From an uncultured Alphaproteobacteria bacterium (lineage in GTDB: Bacteria > Pseudomonadota > Alphaproteobacteria > RF32 > CAG-239): a stretch of DNA of 64,000 bases. The stretch covers positions 6,135 to 70,134 of the forward strand of contig CASDOS010000059.1 of assembly GCA_949282205.1 (NCBI GenBank), written 5' to 3'. The notes below the pieces were generated by a model. The model was not told the DNA's origin. It made no database searches and saw nothing but the letters and a program-made list of their open reading frames with translations. Positions 39,270 to 48,969 of this stretch are shown here, in pieces. The first letter of the stretch is position 1; each line of letters opens with the position of its first letter. The position numbers were made by a program, and so were the translations under genes.

Positions 39270-40448
39270 CTATATAGCAAGCAGGTAAGAACTTTGATTA
39301 TAATCAATCAGAAGAGAAATCGCTTTTCTAATCTGCGATCGAACAGAAGAGGATAAATGCTGAAATTCTATGCACTTTTCAAGTTGATAAAGGTAAAAAT
39401 CATCAACCATCTTTTGTGGTGGTAATATTCTAAAAGCTCTCTGAAGTCTTGAATAGATATCGCATAATGTCCGTTCTGAATAACAATATCTTTGACCTAT
39501 CCATGACAAAAAAGTAGATTTTTCAACAAGATATTGTGGAGAATTATCTTCAATAAAAGACTTTAAAATTTTAGCAACAAATTCCGCCAACTTTACAGGA
39601 ACAGCATTGCCAATCATTTGTTCTATTTCTGTTTTTGAGCCAACCCATTTAAAATCGACCGGAAAAGTTTGAATTAGAGCCCTTTCCAAAAGAGTTAAAG
39701 CTCTAATTTCTTCATTTAAAATACATGCATCATGGGGATGTCCTGGATATCCTTTAGGAACAGGACGATTTACACCTCGAATAGTTGGAGAAGGTTCATC
39801 AATAGAAAAAATAGCTCGTCTATCATAATTTCTAGGATGTCTATAGTAATACTCAAAACCTAAAGAGTTTCCAAAATAATCACGAAGGGTCATTTCTTTT
39901 GAGGATAGATTTTGAGAAATCAAATTTAAAGCAAAACCATCATCTTTCCCTTTTATTCCCATGCAAAAAAAACGCTTTCGCCTTTGTGGTACACCACAAA
40001 AACTAGCATCCAACACAATTTCCGTTAAACCATACCCCGCGTTCTTAAAAATATTCCTTGCAGAACTATAAGCGTGACTTTTTTGAGCACGATCCACATT
40101 TTCCATTAAAAAATACTTGGGACTGATTTCTTTAATTATATTTGCATAGGCCTCCGTTAAACTAGCTCTACTCGCTTCAATTCTTTTTCCTGCATGTGAA
40201 AAATCTTGGCAAGGAGGGCCACCTATAATCACCTCAGGATCTAAAGCCGATATTTCTTGAACAGCAGTACTGATTTGGGATAAATCAGTTGAAAATACGG
40301 GATGATTAAAATTTTGCCGATAACATTCCGCTGCAGCATTCCAAAATTCGAAAGCTCCCACAAGCTGAAAACCAGCATTTTCAAAACCTTTTGATAATCC
40401 GCCACATCCAGCAAATAAATCAACAACTCTCATTTTTTCCCTTTGCAT
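39270..40448 (-). CDS. DNA (cytosine-5)-methyltransferase
   Basis: Motif I DLFAGCGG, motif IV GGPPCQDFS, ENV motif. Confidence 0.85.
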   Translation of the reverse strand: MQREKMRVVDLFAGCGGLSKGFENAGFQLVGAFEFWNAAAECYRQNFNHPVFSTDLSQISTAVQEISALDPEVIIGGPPCQDFSHAGKRIEASRASLTEAYANIIKEISPKYFLMENVDRAQKSHAYSSARNIFKNAGYGLTEIVLDASFCGVPQRRKRFFCMGIKGKDDGFALNLISQNLSSKEMTLRDYFGNSLGFEYYYRHPRNYDRRAIFSIDEPSPTIRGVNRPVPKGYPGHPHDACILNEEIRALTLLERALIQTFPVDFKWVGSKTEIEQMIGNAVPVKLAEFVAKILKSFIEDNSPQYLVEKSTFLSWIGQRYCYSERTLCDIYSRLQRAFRILPPQKMVDDFYLYQLEKCIEFQHLSSSVRSQIRKAISLLIDYNQSSYLLAI

Positions 40449-40538
40449 TTTAAAATATTTAGATATAGGCTTATAATAAAATTAAATTTGAAGACGTCAA
40501 GTTGTTGACGCCAATTGTGCAAAACTATGAGGAAATAA

Positions 40539-41594
40539 ATGTCAACAGGATTATTTGGGATAGAACATTCAAATCGTATGCCTGAAGATCATTGGGGAAA
40601 GAATTGTTTCAATTCAAGTTTCCCAACTGCCATGGCTTGTTATATGATGAAGAATAATATACCTGCCATTTATAATAAAGTAGTATCGGATAACACAGGA
40701 AATTTGAAAGTAGTTTCAACGGAAATTCCTATTCAAAACGTTTTTAACTGTAATACCACAGATTCTCACGAACTTGATTTCCATTTTGAATCAATATATA
40801 AAAATTATCAAAATTTTTCTTTTGATCCAATTGATGGTATTGATCTCGTTGTCAAAAATACAGCAGGAGAGTTCCTCGCTCCATTAGAAGTTAAATTAAC
40901 TGTTTTACCAACAGATTCTACAAGTCGACAACCTGAAGAAAAATGGGGATGCGAATTAGTAATAAGATCTGCAACTACTTCATACTGTGCTCTTGGTATG
41001 TTTGATGCGGTTAAAGAAGAGGCATTATCCGTACGAGAGATTTTCGAGAACAATTGTGCATCTATTCAAAATTGGGACAATGATTTTGAAATGACTCATA
41101 AAACACCTAATTTAAGTCAATGTCTAGATGCTTTTCAAAAAAGGTATTATTTTCGTCAAAAGCCTCTTTTATTACAAGCCATATGGAAAACTAAAGGAAA
41201 ATCTCCTCTTCTAGCTGATCAAGCCTTTGATATTGTAGTCTGGAGTGATTATGCTTTTTCACGCTTGTTTATAGATAGTTCTTATAATATAGAAAATACC
41301 ATGAGCCGTCCCATGCGTGCTACAGCACGTCTAGCAAGATGTTTATGGGAATTAAGTAAGTCTAACAAAATTAGATTAATGGATATATATCGTCAAATGG
41401 CTTTTGGAAATCAAACCGATAAGGAGTTTGCTATTAACGGAGCAAAATGGAGAAAATATGTAGCTTCAGATAGAATTCTTAGCCCAAAATTATCCAAAGA
41501 TGTTATTCAAGAAATTATTGAGCCTGGATATATTGAACGATTAAGTCCTGAAAGGCGATTTGATCAATCACTATATTTTACTTATAGGATATGA
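40539..41594 (+). CDS. Putative type II restriction endonuclease partner of the C5-MTase
   Basis: Divergent from the MTase; candidate PD-(D/E)xK (D...LAPLEVKLT). Assignment by context only. Confidence 0.4.
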   Translation: MSTGLFGIEHSNRMPEDHWGKNCFNSSFPTAMACYMMKNNIPAIYNKVVSDNTGNLKVVSTEIPIQNVFNCNTTDSHELDFHFESIYKNYQNFSFDPIDGIDLVVKNTAGEFLAPLEVKLTVLPTDSTSRQPEEKWGCELVIRSATTSYCALGMFDAVKEEALSVREIFENNCASIQNWDNDFEMTHKTPNLSQCLDAFQKRYYFRQKPLLLQAIWKTKGKSPLLADQAFDIVVWSDYAFSRLFIDSSYNIENTMSRPMRATARLARCLWELSKSNKIRLMDIYRQMAFGNQTDKEFAINGAKWRKYVASDRILSPKLSKDVIQEIIEPGYIERLSPERRFDQSLYFTYRI

Positions 41595-41865
41595 TTAAAG
41601 ATGAGAATTCACTGGCTAATGCCGTGGTATCGTATCATTTTAGTTCAAGCTAACCTTACCCTATATTTTCATGGTCTTGGTGTTTTATATAGCACTATAT
41701 AGCTATCTCATTGAATATAAACAGTACTGATAAAATACCCATCTACCCAAACACTTTCTTTGCCGAAATAACATTTCTAAGAAAAGGATATATTTCCCAT
41801 ACTAGATTTAATTATATTACATTCATCTAAAAAAATAATATCAATCAAATACCGTTTTTTTATTG

Positions 41866-41904
41866 TTTTTTATGTATTCTATAATTTTTTATGTATTCTA
41901 TAAT
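41866..41904 (+). repeat. Tandem ~20-bp direct repeat (tttttatgtattctataat x2), each copy carrying a TATAAT box, 25 nt upstream of the 493-aa gene
   Basis: Read directly. Confidence 0.8.
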
Positions 41905-41928
41905 ACAATATAAAAAAAGGAGTTATTT

Positions 41929-43410
41929 ATGTATGCAACATGGTTGTATTTTGTAGGAACAAAAAAAGATCCTACCAAGTTTTTTATATATGGACTATCT
42001 ATTCCTACTAAATGCCCAATAGAATATTCTTTAAAACAAGAAGACCTCGGAAGTATTGCTGACGGTTTGCGATTATATGTTTTTCGTGCTGTAAAACAAA
42101 TCGCTATACCTATTCCTCCTGATGTTATAGATTTAAGCCTGTTTTATGACACACTAGAGTATCATATTAAACATATACTCACACCATTATATTGCGAAAA
42201 ATTTATTCAAAAAAAAGAAAGTTGTCATTTTGATAAAGAAATAGAAAGTCCTATATCTTCATTAGTAAATATAACATCATATTATACAAAAGAAATTTTG
42301 GAACTTAATTTTAATTATAAAAATTATATCAAGTTATTGCAAAAACTTTCAGAACATTCCAACCAACCATTCTATGGTAATTATCTTAATAGATTAGGAT
42401 GTCTTGAAATAGCTCAAACACAACCATGGTCTGAGAGTTTTCGTCCTTTTGGCATAGAATATGATAAAGAAGAAAAAAAATATTACTTCTATCGTCAAAC
42501 AGAATTTTTAGAAGATATATATGTAGTATTTAAATGTTATCAAACATCAATCGAAAAAAATTATGAAAAGCTTATATTTATCCCTGCAAAAACGACAAAA
42601 TACTACTTCGATTTTAATGTTGAGAATGAATGGGGATATAAATGTTCTGTTTATAATCAATTTGGTGAAATACTAGATGAAGATTGTGTATCATATATTC
42701 GTAGTGTAAATATCAATATATCTACTATATCTGGCATACGAAAAATAAAAGATGCTTTTTCAGAAAGAGATCCTGAACTATCCAAAATTCCTTGCAATAT
42801 TAGTCAATCATTTACTATACAAAATCCTAATTTAGAAACAAAGAAAAAAGAACTTGAAGATTTTTACACATATTTAGAAAGAATCATAAAAGAAGACAGC
42901 ATCAGTGAACAAGAAGGCTTCTGGTTCAAACGAGGACAACATAAATTAAGCGACATAATAAAATATTTAACAACACAATTTCCCAATCCTGATGAAATTA
43001 TAATAATTGATCCATATGCAGACATTGACACAATATCTCTTTCTATAAGGCTTCCTGCAAATAAAATAATAGTCATAGCAAACAATAAAGCTCTATCCAA
43101 CAAAGAAAATGTACACAAAATAAAGCTAGTGAAAAAACGAATAAAAGAAGCATCAGGAATTTCTGATAGGTCAACCTATTATTACATCAATAAAGAATTT
43201 CATGATAGATTTATAATTTTCAAAAAAAACGACATAATCGAAGTTTATTGTTTTCCTAATAGTATTAACGCAATATTAAAAAATGATGACTTTTTAATAT
43301 TGCGTTTACGAGGAAAAGTAAAAGAAGAAGCAATACAGCATATGAATAATCTAATATCTTTATGTGGTCCAAATAATACATTAGAAAGTATAAACAATGA
43401 ATCTGAATAA
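41929..43410 (+). CDS. Hypothetical 493-aa protein (very AT-rich gene)
   Basis: ORF; AGGAG ribosome-binding site; no recognised motifs. Confidence 0.5.
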   Translation: MYATWLYFVGTKKDPTKFFIYGLSIPTKCPIEYSLKQEDLGSIADGLRLYVFRAVKQIAIPIPPDVIDLSLFYDTLEYHIKHILTPLYCEKFIQKKESCHFDKEIESPISSLVNITSYYTKEILELNFNYKNYIKLLQKLSEHSNQPFYGNYLNRLGCLEIAQTQPWSESFRPFGIEYDKEEKKYYFYRQTEFLEDIYVVFKCYQTSIEKNYEKLIFIPAKTTKYYFDFNVENEWGYKCSVYNQFGEILDEDCVSYIRSVNINISTISGIRKIKDAFSERDPELSKIPCNISQSFTIQNPNLETKKKELEDFYTYLERIIKEDSISEQEGFWFKRGQHKLSDIIKYLTTQFPNPDEIIIIDPYADIDTISLSIRLPANKIIVIANNKALSNKENVHKIKLVKKRIKEASGISDRSTYYYINKEFHDRFIIFKKNDIIEVYCFPNSINAILKNDDFLILRLRGKVKEEAIQHMNNLISLCGPNNTLESINNESE

Positions 43411-44641
43411 TGAATTGGGTTTTGCAGAATTATCTGAAAAAATAATAGCTGAGAATACAGAAGATGTTTTTTGTTGCTTACAAAAAGAAACTCTATCATT
43501 AATCCAATTTGTTGGAATACTATCCCTTTTTGCACACAAACATATATCAAATAAATACATTTCTATCGCGTCTGAAATATTAAAAAAAAGGTATATGAAC
43601 AATATTTATATAGAATTGGAAAAAATTCCTGAACTATTTAATGAAGCATCTCATATTGCATATGAAGACATACAAAAATTTTTTGAAAATGATTTCTCTT
43701 TAACCCTCGTCCATACTATAGCTTTCTCTGAACAAATTAAATTCAATGCATCAAAATCAATTTGGGGGTTAATCTACTTATATACACTGTTGTTAAAATT
43801 AGATCTTAAAAATTTTGAAATATGGATAAAAAAAACAAAAAGAATTGATTTCAAAGTTATATTTCTAAATCTCTTATTTAACCACATTCAGAATGAAAAT
43901 ATTGATGTAGATAAGCTAAAAGATGCACATTTAGGTATTCTACAATCTTTCCATGTGCTGGTAACCTATGGACTGGAACCTAATTCTCATAATGTATGGT
44001 CTAGACAATCAAAAAATATTGAAGAAATTTTAAATAGCCCCTTAGCAGAAAAAGTAAAATTTTTAACTATTCTCAAATATATAACAAAAAAATATTGCGG
44101 TACCTCACTAAAAAAATTAGATCAAGATGAAAACTTACCTCAACTAATAAAACTATTATATGCTACTGATTATAATTTCACATGGGACGACTTGATGGTG
44201 TCAACAGGCATTCGTGAATCTTGTATTTACTATCGTATTATACAATTATTGCCAGAAACAAATACAAATAAAGTAAATTATTTTGAAAGACTGCTTGAAA
44301 AAATACTAAACTATCTAAAAGCAGAAATGTTTCAAGAATACAATTTAGATTATGCTGAATTAATAGGCAGAATATCGACTGAAATATCATCTTTAGAAAA
44401 ATTGGAAGCCTTATTTAAAAAAGAATATAAACAACTTTCTTTTCCTTATAGCTTTTGTAAAATAAAAAACTGGCAGGAAAGAATTTCTTTCTGCCTCTAT
44501 TTATTGGTAGGAATTTATATCTATAAAAAAAATAATAATGAAGAATTTAATACATATATTGATAAATTTAGATTCATAAAATCAGAAAAACATCACTATT
44601 TCGACCAGAGAATAGAAGAATTATTATTGTCATTGACATAA
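43397..44641 (+). CDS. Hypothetical 414-aa all-alpha protein, in an operon with the preceding gene
   Basis: 14-nt overlap with the upstream gene. Confidence 0.5.
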   Translation: MNLNNELGFAELSEKIIAENTEDVFCCLQKETLSLIQFVGILSLFAHKHISNKYISIASEILKKRYMNNIYIELEKIPELFNEASHIAYEDIQKFFENDFSLTLVHTIAFSEQIKFNASKSIWGLIYLYTLLLKLDLKNFEIWIKKTKRIDFKVIFLNLLFNHIQNENIDVDKLKDAHLGILQSFHVLVTYGLEPNSHNVWSRQSKNIEEILNSPLAEKVKFLTILKYITKKYCGTSLKKLDQDENLPQLIKLLYATDYNFTWDDLMVSTGIRESCIYYRIIQLLPETNTNKVNYFERLLEKILNYLKAEMFQEYNLDYAELIGRISTEISSLEKLEALFKKEYKQLSFPYSFCKIKNWQERISFCLYLLVGIYIYKKNNNEEFNTYIDKFRFIKSEKHHYFDQRIEELLLSLT

Positions 44642-44675
44642 CAAAACTTGTGTAAATAAAGTGCAATGAATTTAT

Positions 44676-45089
44676 TTATATCTCTCTATCTAAATTATAT
44701 TTTATTAACGAAGAACTAATATTAGGAGTTCTTTGTAAACGGACAACTCCTTTGCCATTTTGGCGGCAATACTCTATCGCACTAATAAATCCAGAATGAT
44801 TTTGGTCTGCTCCAACGGCAAAAATATCAAAGTCAATATGCCTCACTATTTCACTAACATCTGTATAAGAAATAACTTTATCTACGCAACGTAATGCCCC
44901 AACCAGTTCACATCGAACATCAGTTGAATAAAAAACATCCGCCTCTGGTTTATATTTTTTTATAAATTCAGATTTTTGTACTGCTACAATTAAAAATCCA
45001 TCCGAAACAATATTTTTTGCCTGTTCAAAAAGTTTTAAATGTCCATAATGGAAATAGTCAAAAACACCTACTGTTAAAATCCTTTTCAT
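44676..45089 (-). CDS. tagD: Glycerol-3-phosphate cytidylyltransferase
   Basis: GVFDYFHYGHLKLFEQAK (HxGH) motif; 137 aa. Confidence 0.75.
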   Translation of the reverse strand: MKRILTVGVFDYFHYGHLKLFEQAKNIVSDGFLIVAVQKSEFIKKYKPEADVFYSTDVRCELVGALRCVDKVISYTDVSEIVRHIDFDIFAVGADQNHSGFISAIEYCRQNGKGVVRLQRTPNISSSLIKYNLDREI

Positions 45090-46375
45090 TTTTTCAGCTC
45101 CAAGGAATTTGTCAGAAATTTAATAATTTTTGATGCAGAAGAAATTTCTGAATCGAATAAAATATGTATCTTAGACAGACGTTCCTCCTTTTTGATATCC
45201 TGATTTTCAAAAATAACTTTTTTAAAAATTTCTTCCAAATCAGAAATATCATAAATTTGATAGAGACTATCAATAAATGATTTCGCGAAATTATTAAATT
45301 TGGCCGCTGGAGAAATCAGATGAAAAATCGGATTCTTGCTCGGCAGATATTCTCCTAAAAATGAAACACAATCTGTTATTAAAGCATCTGAATCTGCAAA
45401 TAATTGTATATAATCACCACTGTCATAAATTGTACCTAGATTTTCCCATTGACGGTAATAGGTGTTAATTTCATCTTCCGACATAATATTATTGCAAACA
45501 ACTGCCGTCTTAAATCTCGGATGAGGCTTAAACACCCAATTGATATATCCCTGATATTTTTGTGCCAAGGAGAGAATATCCATGCCATTTTTATGAAAAG
45601 TTGCACAATTTAATCCATTAATTTCAAAAGAATGATGTGGAGCATAAATAATAGTTTTCTTTTTATTTTTAGTAGCCTTGATTTTACGATAAGCATCGAG
45701 CCTGGGGTAGCCCACATAACAAGCATTAACATTATTTTTACCTGTTATTAATTTTATCCGATTAATTTGTTCGCTATCCTCAACAAACATACACCATAAA
45801 AAATTATCAGTATAAATTGCGCTATTTTCCATAAGATGCAATCCATATGGAACGTAGCATGTCAATGCTGATTTTGATGCATTTACAGGATGTTGGGAAG
45901 CATCAAGCTCCCAAGGCTGTTGATAAAAAAGAATATCGACCCCAAAATCTTTGGCGGGCATATACTCTTTCCGATCCTTGTCATAAACATAAAACACTTT
46001 TAGACCTTTTGATTTGAAGAAATTATAGCAATCATCAATAGTTGCATAAAAATGTTTTTTCCCTCTATGAGCCAGGAGCAATTGCGTTACCAAAACTACT
46101 GGCTCAAAATAATCGCTTTTTTCCATTTCTTCATAAAGGGATTGATATTGCCACTTTGCCGGTTCATTAACTAAAAAGCCCACCTTAATTTTGCGCTTTC
46201 CAAACTCTTTTTGTAATTCGGTCAACTTCCGTGCATAATTTACAGAAACTTTCTTTCTGTAGTCATGTTTTATAGAAAATTTAATACCTAAAATGGTGAT
46301 TTTTGTTTTTGGAAATCCTTGTTTGAAGTCAAATATTTTCATGATTGCCGCCATACTAATTAAAACTTTTTTCAT
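45086..46375 (-). CDS. CDP-glycerol glycerophosphotransferase-family (TagB/TagF-like) protein
   Basis: YAPHHSF resembles the TagF YAPTWR region; operon context with the tagD-like gene; tentative. Confidence 0.5.
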   Translation of the reverse strand: MKKVLISMAAIMKIFDFKQGFPKTKITILGIKFSIKHDYRKKVSVNYARKLTELQKEFGKRKIKVGFLVNEPAKWQYQSLYEEMEKSDYFEPVVLVTQLLLAHRGKKHFYATIDDCYNFFKSKGLKVFYVYDKDRKEYMPAKDFGVDILFYQQPWELDASQHPVNASKSALTCYVPYGLHLMENSAIYTDNFLWCMFVEDSEQINRIKLITGKNNVNACYVGYPRLDAYRKIKATKNKKKTIIYAPHHSFEINGLNCATFHKNGMDILSLAQKYQGYINWVFKPHPRFKTAVVCNNIMSEDEINTYYRQWENLGTIYDSGDYIQLFADSDALITDCVSFLGEYLPSKNPIFHLISPAAKFNNFAKSFIDSLYQIYDISDLEEIFKKVIFENQDIKKEERLSKIHILFDSEISSASKIIKFLTNSLELKK

Positions 46376-46961
46376 CTTTTAATTTTTCAAAATGCACTTT
46401 GTCGCGATATTTGAATACTTTTGCTGGATTGCCGCCGGCAATAGCTAAAGGCGGAATTTCTCCATGGATAACCGCTCCGGCTTGAATAATTGCTCCATCA
46501 CCGATTTTGGTTCCCGGAAGAATGGTTACTCTGCTACCAATCCAAACAAAATTACCAATTTCAATATCTTTATAAATGTAATCCTCGGGAGAATATGGTA
46601 TATGTTGGCCATGGTCATAATTATGGTTTTGTGCAATGATAAGTAATTCTACACCGCTGTGAAAATGGTTGCCAATAGTTACTTTTCCTGCACCGTGTAT
46701 CTCACAACCATTGAAACAGCAATGTGTTCCAAGAAATGTATTTTTTGTAAGCAGAGTTTTGCCACCGCACCATAGTCGTTCTCCAACTTGGGGGCATTCT
46801 CTATAAATTTTTTGTGTCCATATATTATTATATCCATCAAATTTATCATTTTTGACTTTTAGAAAGGGAATAAGGCCAAATAAATAGTATTTTTTTCGAT
46901 GCTCATCTTCTTCTATTCTACATATCGGAAGACATGAAAACAACTTAACAACTTTACTCAT
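46356..46961 (-). CDS. Hexapeptide-repeat O-acetyltransferase (maltose/galactoside acetyltransferase-like)
   Basis: Left-handed beta-helix repeats GSRVTILPGTKIGDGAIIQAGAVIHGEIPPLAIAGGNPAKV. Confidence 0.75.
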   Translation of the reverse strand: MSKVVKLFSCLPICRIEEDEHRKKYYLFGLIPFLKVKNDKFDGYNNIWTQKIYRECPQVGERLWCGGKTLLTKNTFLGTHCCFNGCEIHGAGKVTIGNHFHSGVELLIIAQNHNYDHGQHIPYSPEDYIYKDIEIGNFVWIGSRVTILPGTKIGDGAIIQAGAVIHGEIPPLAIAGGNPAKVFKYRDKVHFEKLKDEKSFN

Positions 46962-47763
46962 TGGAAAGCTCCTTGCTTCTATATACTGTAATGCCTAATA
47001 TTTTTATCCGCCGATGATTGTTTTTGATGTTATTGCGGTAGAAAAATTTCTGCAATTTGGCACACAATCTATAAAATTTCATTTTCGGATACTTTTTCAG
47101 AAGTTTTGTTCTCAACATTAAAGAATGCTGAGCCATCTGTTGTTTATTTCTTGATTCAAATAAATTTTTTATTCTGTAAAAAAACAAAATATCAGGAACT
47201 CTGTAGACCTTAAGTTTATGAATTAAAACCATATTAAGCCATAAATCGTAATCTTCTAATCCAAGAACAAAATCCTCATCGTAACCTCCGGCTTTAATAA
47301 AATCAGTTTTCCTGAATAAAGCCGAATTTACTAAACAGTTATTGACAGACAAATGATAAGGTGTTGGGGAATGCAATACCATTTCTCCCGTTTCTTTTCC
47401 AAATTTAAGGACTCGTGAAGTTATGATATCACCTTTACCATTTATTATAGCATTGTACAGTTTTTCTAAGCACTCAGGTGTTATTTTATCATCAGCATCC
47501 AAGGGATAAATATATTTTCCCTTCGCTTTGGAAATAGCATTATTACGAGCAAAAACAACTCCCTGATTGGATTGATCGAGCAAGCGAAAATTTTTATATT
47601 TATTTGTATATTGTTTGATGATTTTCAAAGAATCGTCTGTTGATCCATCATTGACGATAATCACTTCATAATTCGTAAATGTTTGTGCCAAAACAGAATC
47701 TAGGCATTCTGCAATATATTTTTCCTGATTAAAACACGGAATAATAACTGAAATTTCAGGCAT
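46954..47763 (-). CDS. Glycosyltransferase family 2
   Basis: ISVIIPCFNQEKYIAECLDSVLAQTFTNYEVIIVNDGSTDDS; start moved to MPEIS, which has an AAGGA ribosome-binding site. Confidence 0.8.
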   Translation of the reverse strand: MPEISVIIPCFNQEKYIAECLDSVLAQTFTNYEVIIVNDGSTDDSLKIIKQYTNKYKNFRLLDQSNQGVVFARNNAISKAKGKYIYPLDADDKITPECLEKLYNAIINGKGDIITSRVLKFGKETGEMVLHSPTPYHLSVNNCLVNSALFRKTDFIKAGGYDEDFVLGLEDYDLWLNMVLIHKLKVYRVPDILFFYRIKNLFESRNKQQMAQHSLMLRTKLLKKYPKMKFYRLCAKLQKFFYRNNIKNNHRRIKILGITVYRSKELSNE

Positions 47764-48625
47764 ATTGCTTTCCTTTAAGCTTACACGACCATTTGTAGGA
47801 AAAGAGAAGAATTTTTTCAAACAGATAGAATCTTGTTTTATTTCTCCAGGATCTGATTGTAATCAAAGGTAGAAAACCAAATAAGTTAATCCGATAAGTA
47901 TGGAGACCTTCCATTTGAAAAAAATTATACAATGCAGGATTCTCTGCCTGAACTTGAGCGCGGATAGCAAAAGAAGCTATCGACATTTTTTCTTGTTGTG
48001 TTTTTGAGGTGTTCGTACCATGGTCGCGGTATTTAAATAAAACATCAGGAAGGTTATGAAATTTAGTATAAGGTATCAGCCGACACCACAAACGATAATC
48101 TTCAGCAGGAGAAAAATAAGCTTCATAGCGAATACTGTTTATCATAAGGATGTTCTTTTTTATCATAGAAGCCGGATGAACAATAGCACAAACACTCATA
48201 AGAGATGCCTTAATTTCCTCATCAGTGAGTGGATGAGTAATTATTTTTTTCTTTTTTTGAAAAACTTCTACAGCACAACCGACAACGCCTATTTCAGGAT
48301 GTTCATCTAAATATTGAGATTCTTTTTCAAGCCTTTCTGGTAAAGAAATATCATCATGGTCAAAAACAGCCAAATATTCACCTTTGGCCATATCAATCAA
48401 TTTGTTGCGGCTGGCGGAAATACCAAGATTTTTCTCATTTTTGAAATATTTAATGCGTTTGTCTTTATAGGATTTAACAACAGCCTCTCGATCATCTTCT
48501 GGACAGTCATCCAAAATCAAAAACTCAAAATCGGCAAAAGTTTGTTTTAAAATGCTTTCTATTGCCTCTCGCAAATAAAGCTCGGGTGTTTTATACACTG
48601 GCATTAAAACTGAAATTTTGACCAT
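47756..48625 (-). CDS. Glycosyltransferase family 2 (first gene of the operon)
   Basis: ISVLMPVYKTPELYLREAIESILKQTFADFEFLILDDC; start moved to MVKIS, which has a GGAGG ribosome-binding site. Confidence 0.8.
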   Translation of the reverse strand: MVKISVLMPVYKTPELYLREAIESILKQTFADFEFLILDDCPEDDREAVVKSYKDKRIKYFKNEKNLGISASRNKLIDMAKGEYLAVFDHDDISLPERLEKESQYLDEHPEIGVVGCAVEVFQKKKKIITHPLTDEEIKASLMSVCAIVHPASMIKKNILMINSIRYEAYFSPAEDYRLWCRLIPYTKFHNLPDVLFKYRDHGTNTSKTQQEKMSIASFAIRAQVQAENPALYNFFQMEGLHTYRINLFGFLPLITIRSWRNKTRFYLFEKILLFSYKWSCKLKGKQYA

Positions 48626-48774
48626 AAAACCTCCTGACATTAAAAGGCCAAATAGTGTCGGGACGGTGACAAATGTCTGTAATAATTTAGATGTAAAAAG
48701 ACACCTTCCGGTTTTTAGAAGCAAACCTCTTGAACATAGCCGGAACATCCCGAACGTGAACATTAAACATGGGC

Positions 48775-48922
48775 GTTTAACGAACGTTAGGCGGCTACAA
48801 TGGACTATTTGCAAAGGAAAACGTTTACTAAATTGAAAATATAAAATTATTTGTATAAAAACAGATAAAAAACTTGAGATTTTTTATAACTAGTTTATAA
48901 AGAAATCTAACGTTCGTCAGAT
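48775..48922. promoter_or_regulatory. Candidate invertible promoter segment flanked by inversely oriented recombinase-type sites. Left: gTTTAACG-AA-CGTTAGgc at 48775-48792. Right: ATCTAACG-TT-CGTCAGAT at 48905-48922. Plus-strand TTGAAA/TATAAA and TTGAGA/TATAAA promoter-like hexamers inside.
   Basis: 11-bp perfect inverted repeat ACGAACGTTAG. Each site is internally palindromic around a 2-bp core (AA vs TT); core-to-core distance is about 130 bp. Adjacent serine invertase gene. Confidence 0.35.
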
Positions 48923-48969
48923 TTTGATAGCCAAAAAAAAGGTTTATACCTTTTGATATCCATATAATT

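Larger units (their letters stand above)
34462..44641. mobile_element. Putative large-serine-recombinase mobile element with cargo (ParB-like x2, phosphoesterase, Dcm/REase, two unknown AT-rich genes); boundaries approximate
   Basis: Recombinase gene; strong GC drop at 41.6-44.7 kb; cargo typical of defence islands. Confidence 0.4.

Noticed and set aside
45086-46375. Interpreting tagD/tagF-like genes as wall teichoic acid synthesis
   Set aside because: Host evidence (spanins, psd, LPS-type glycosyltransferases) points to a diderm; glycerol-phosphate decoration of another polysaccharide is more plausible.
48618-48836. 72-aa plus ORF spanning the left inverted repeat of the candidate switch
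   Set aside because: Lies in the promoter region of the minus-strand operon, has no ribosome-binding site, and crosses a predicted recombination site.
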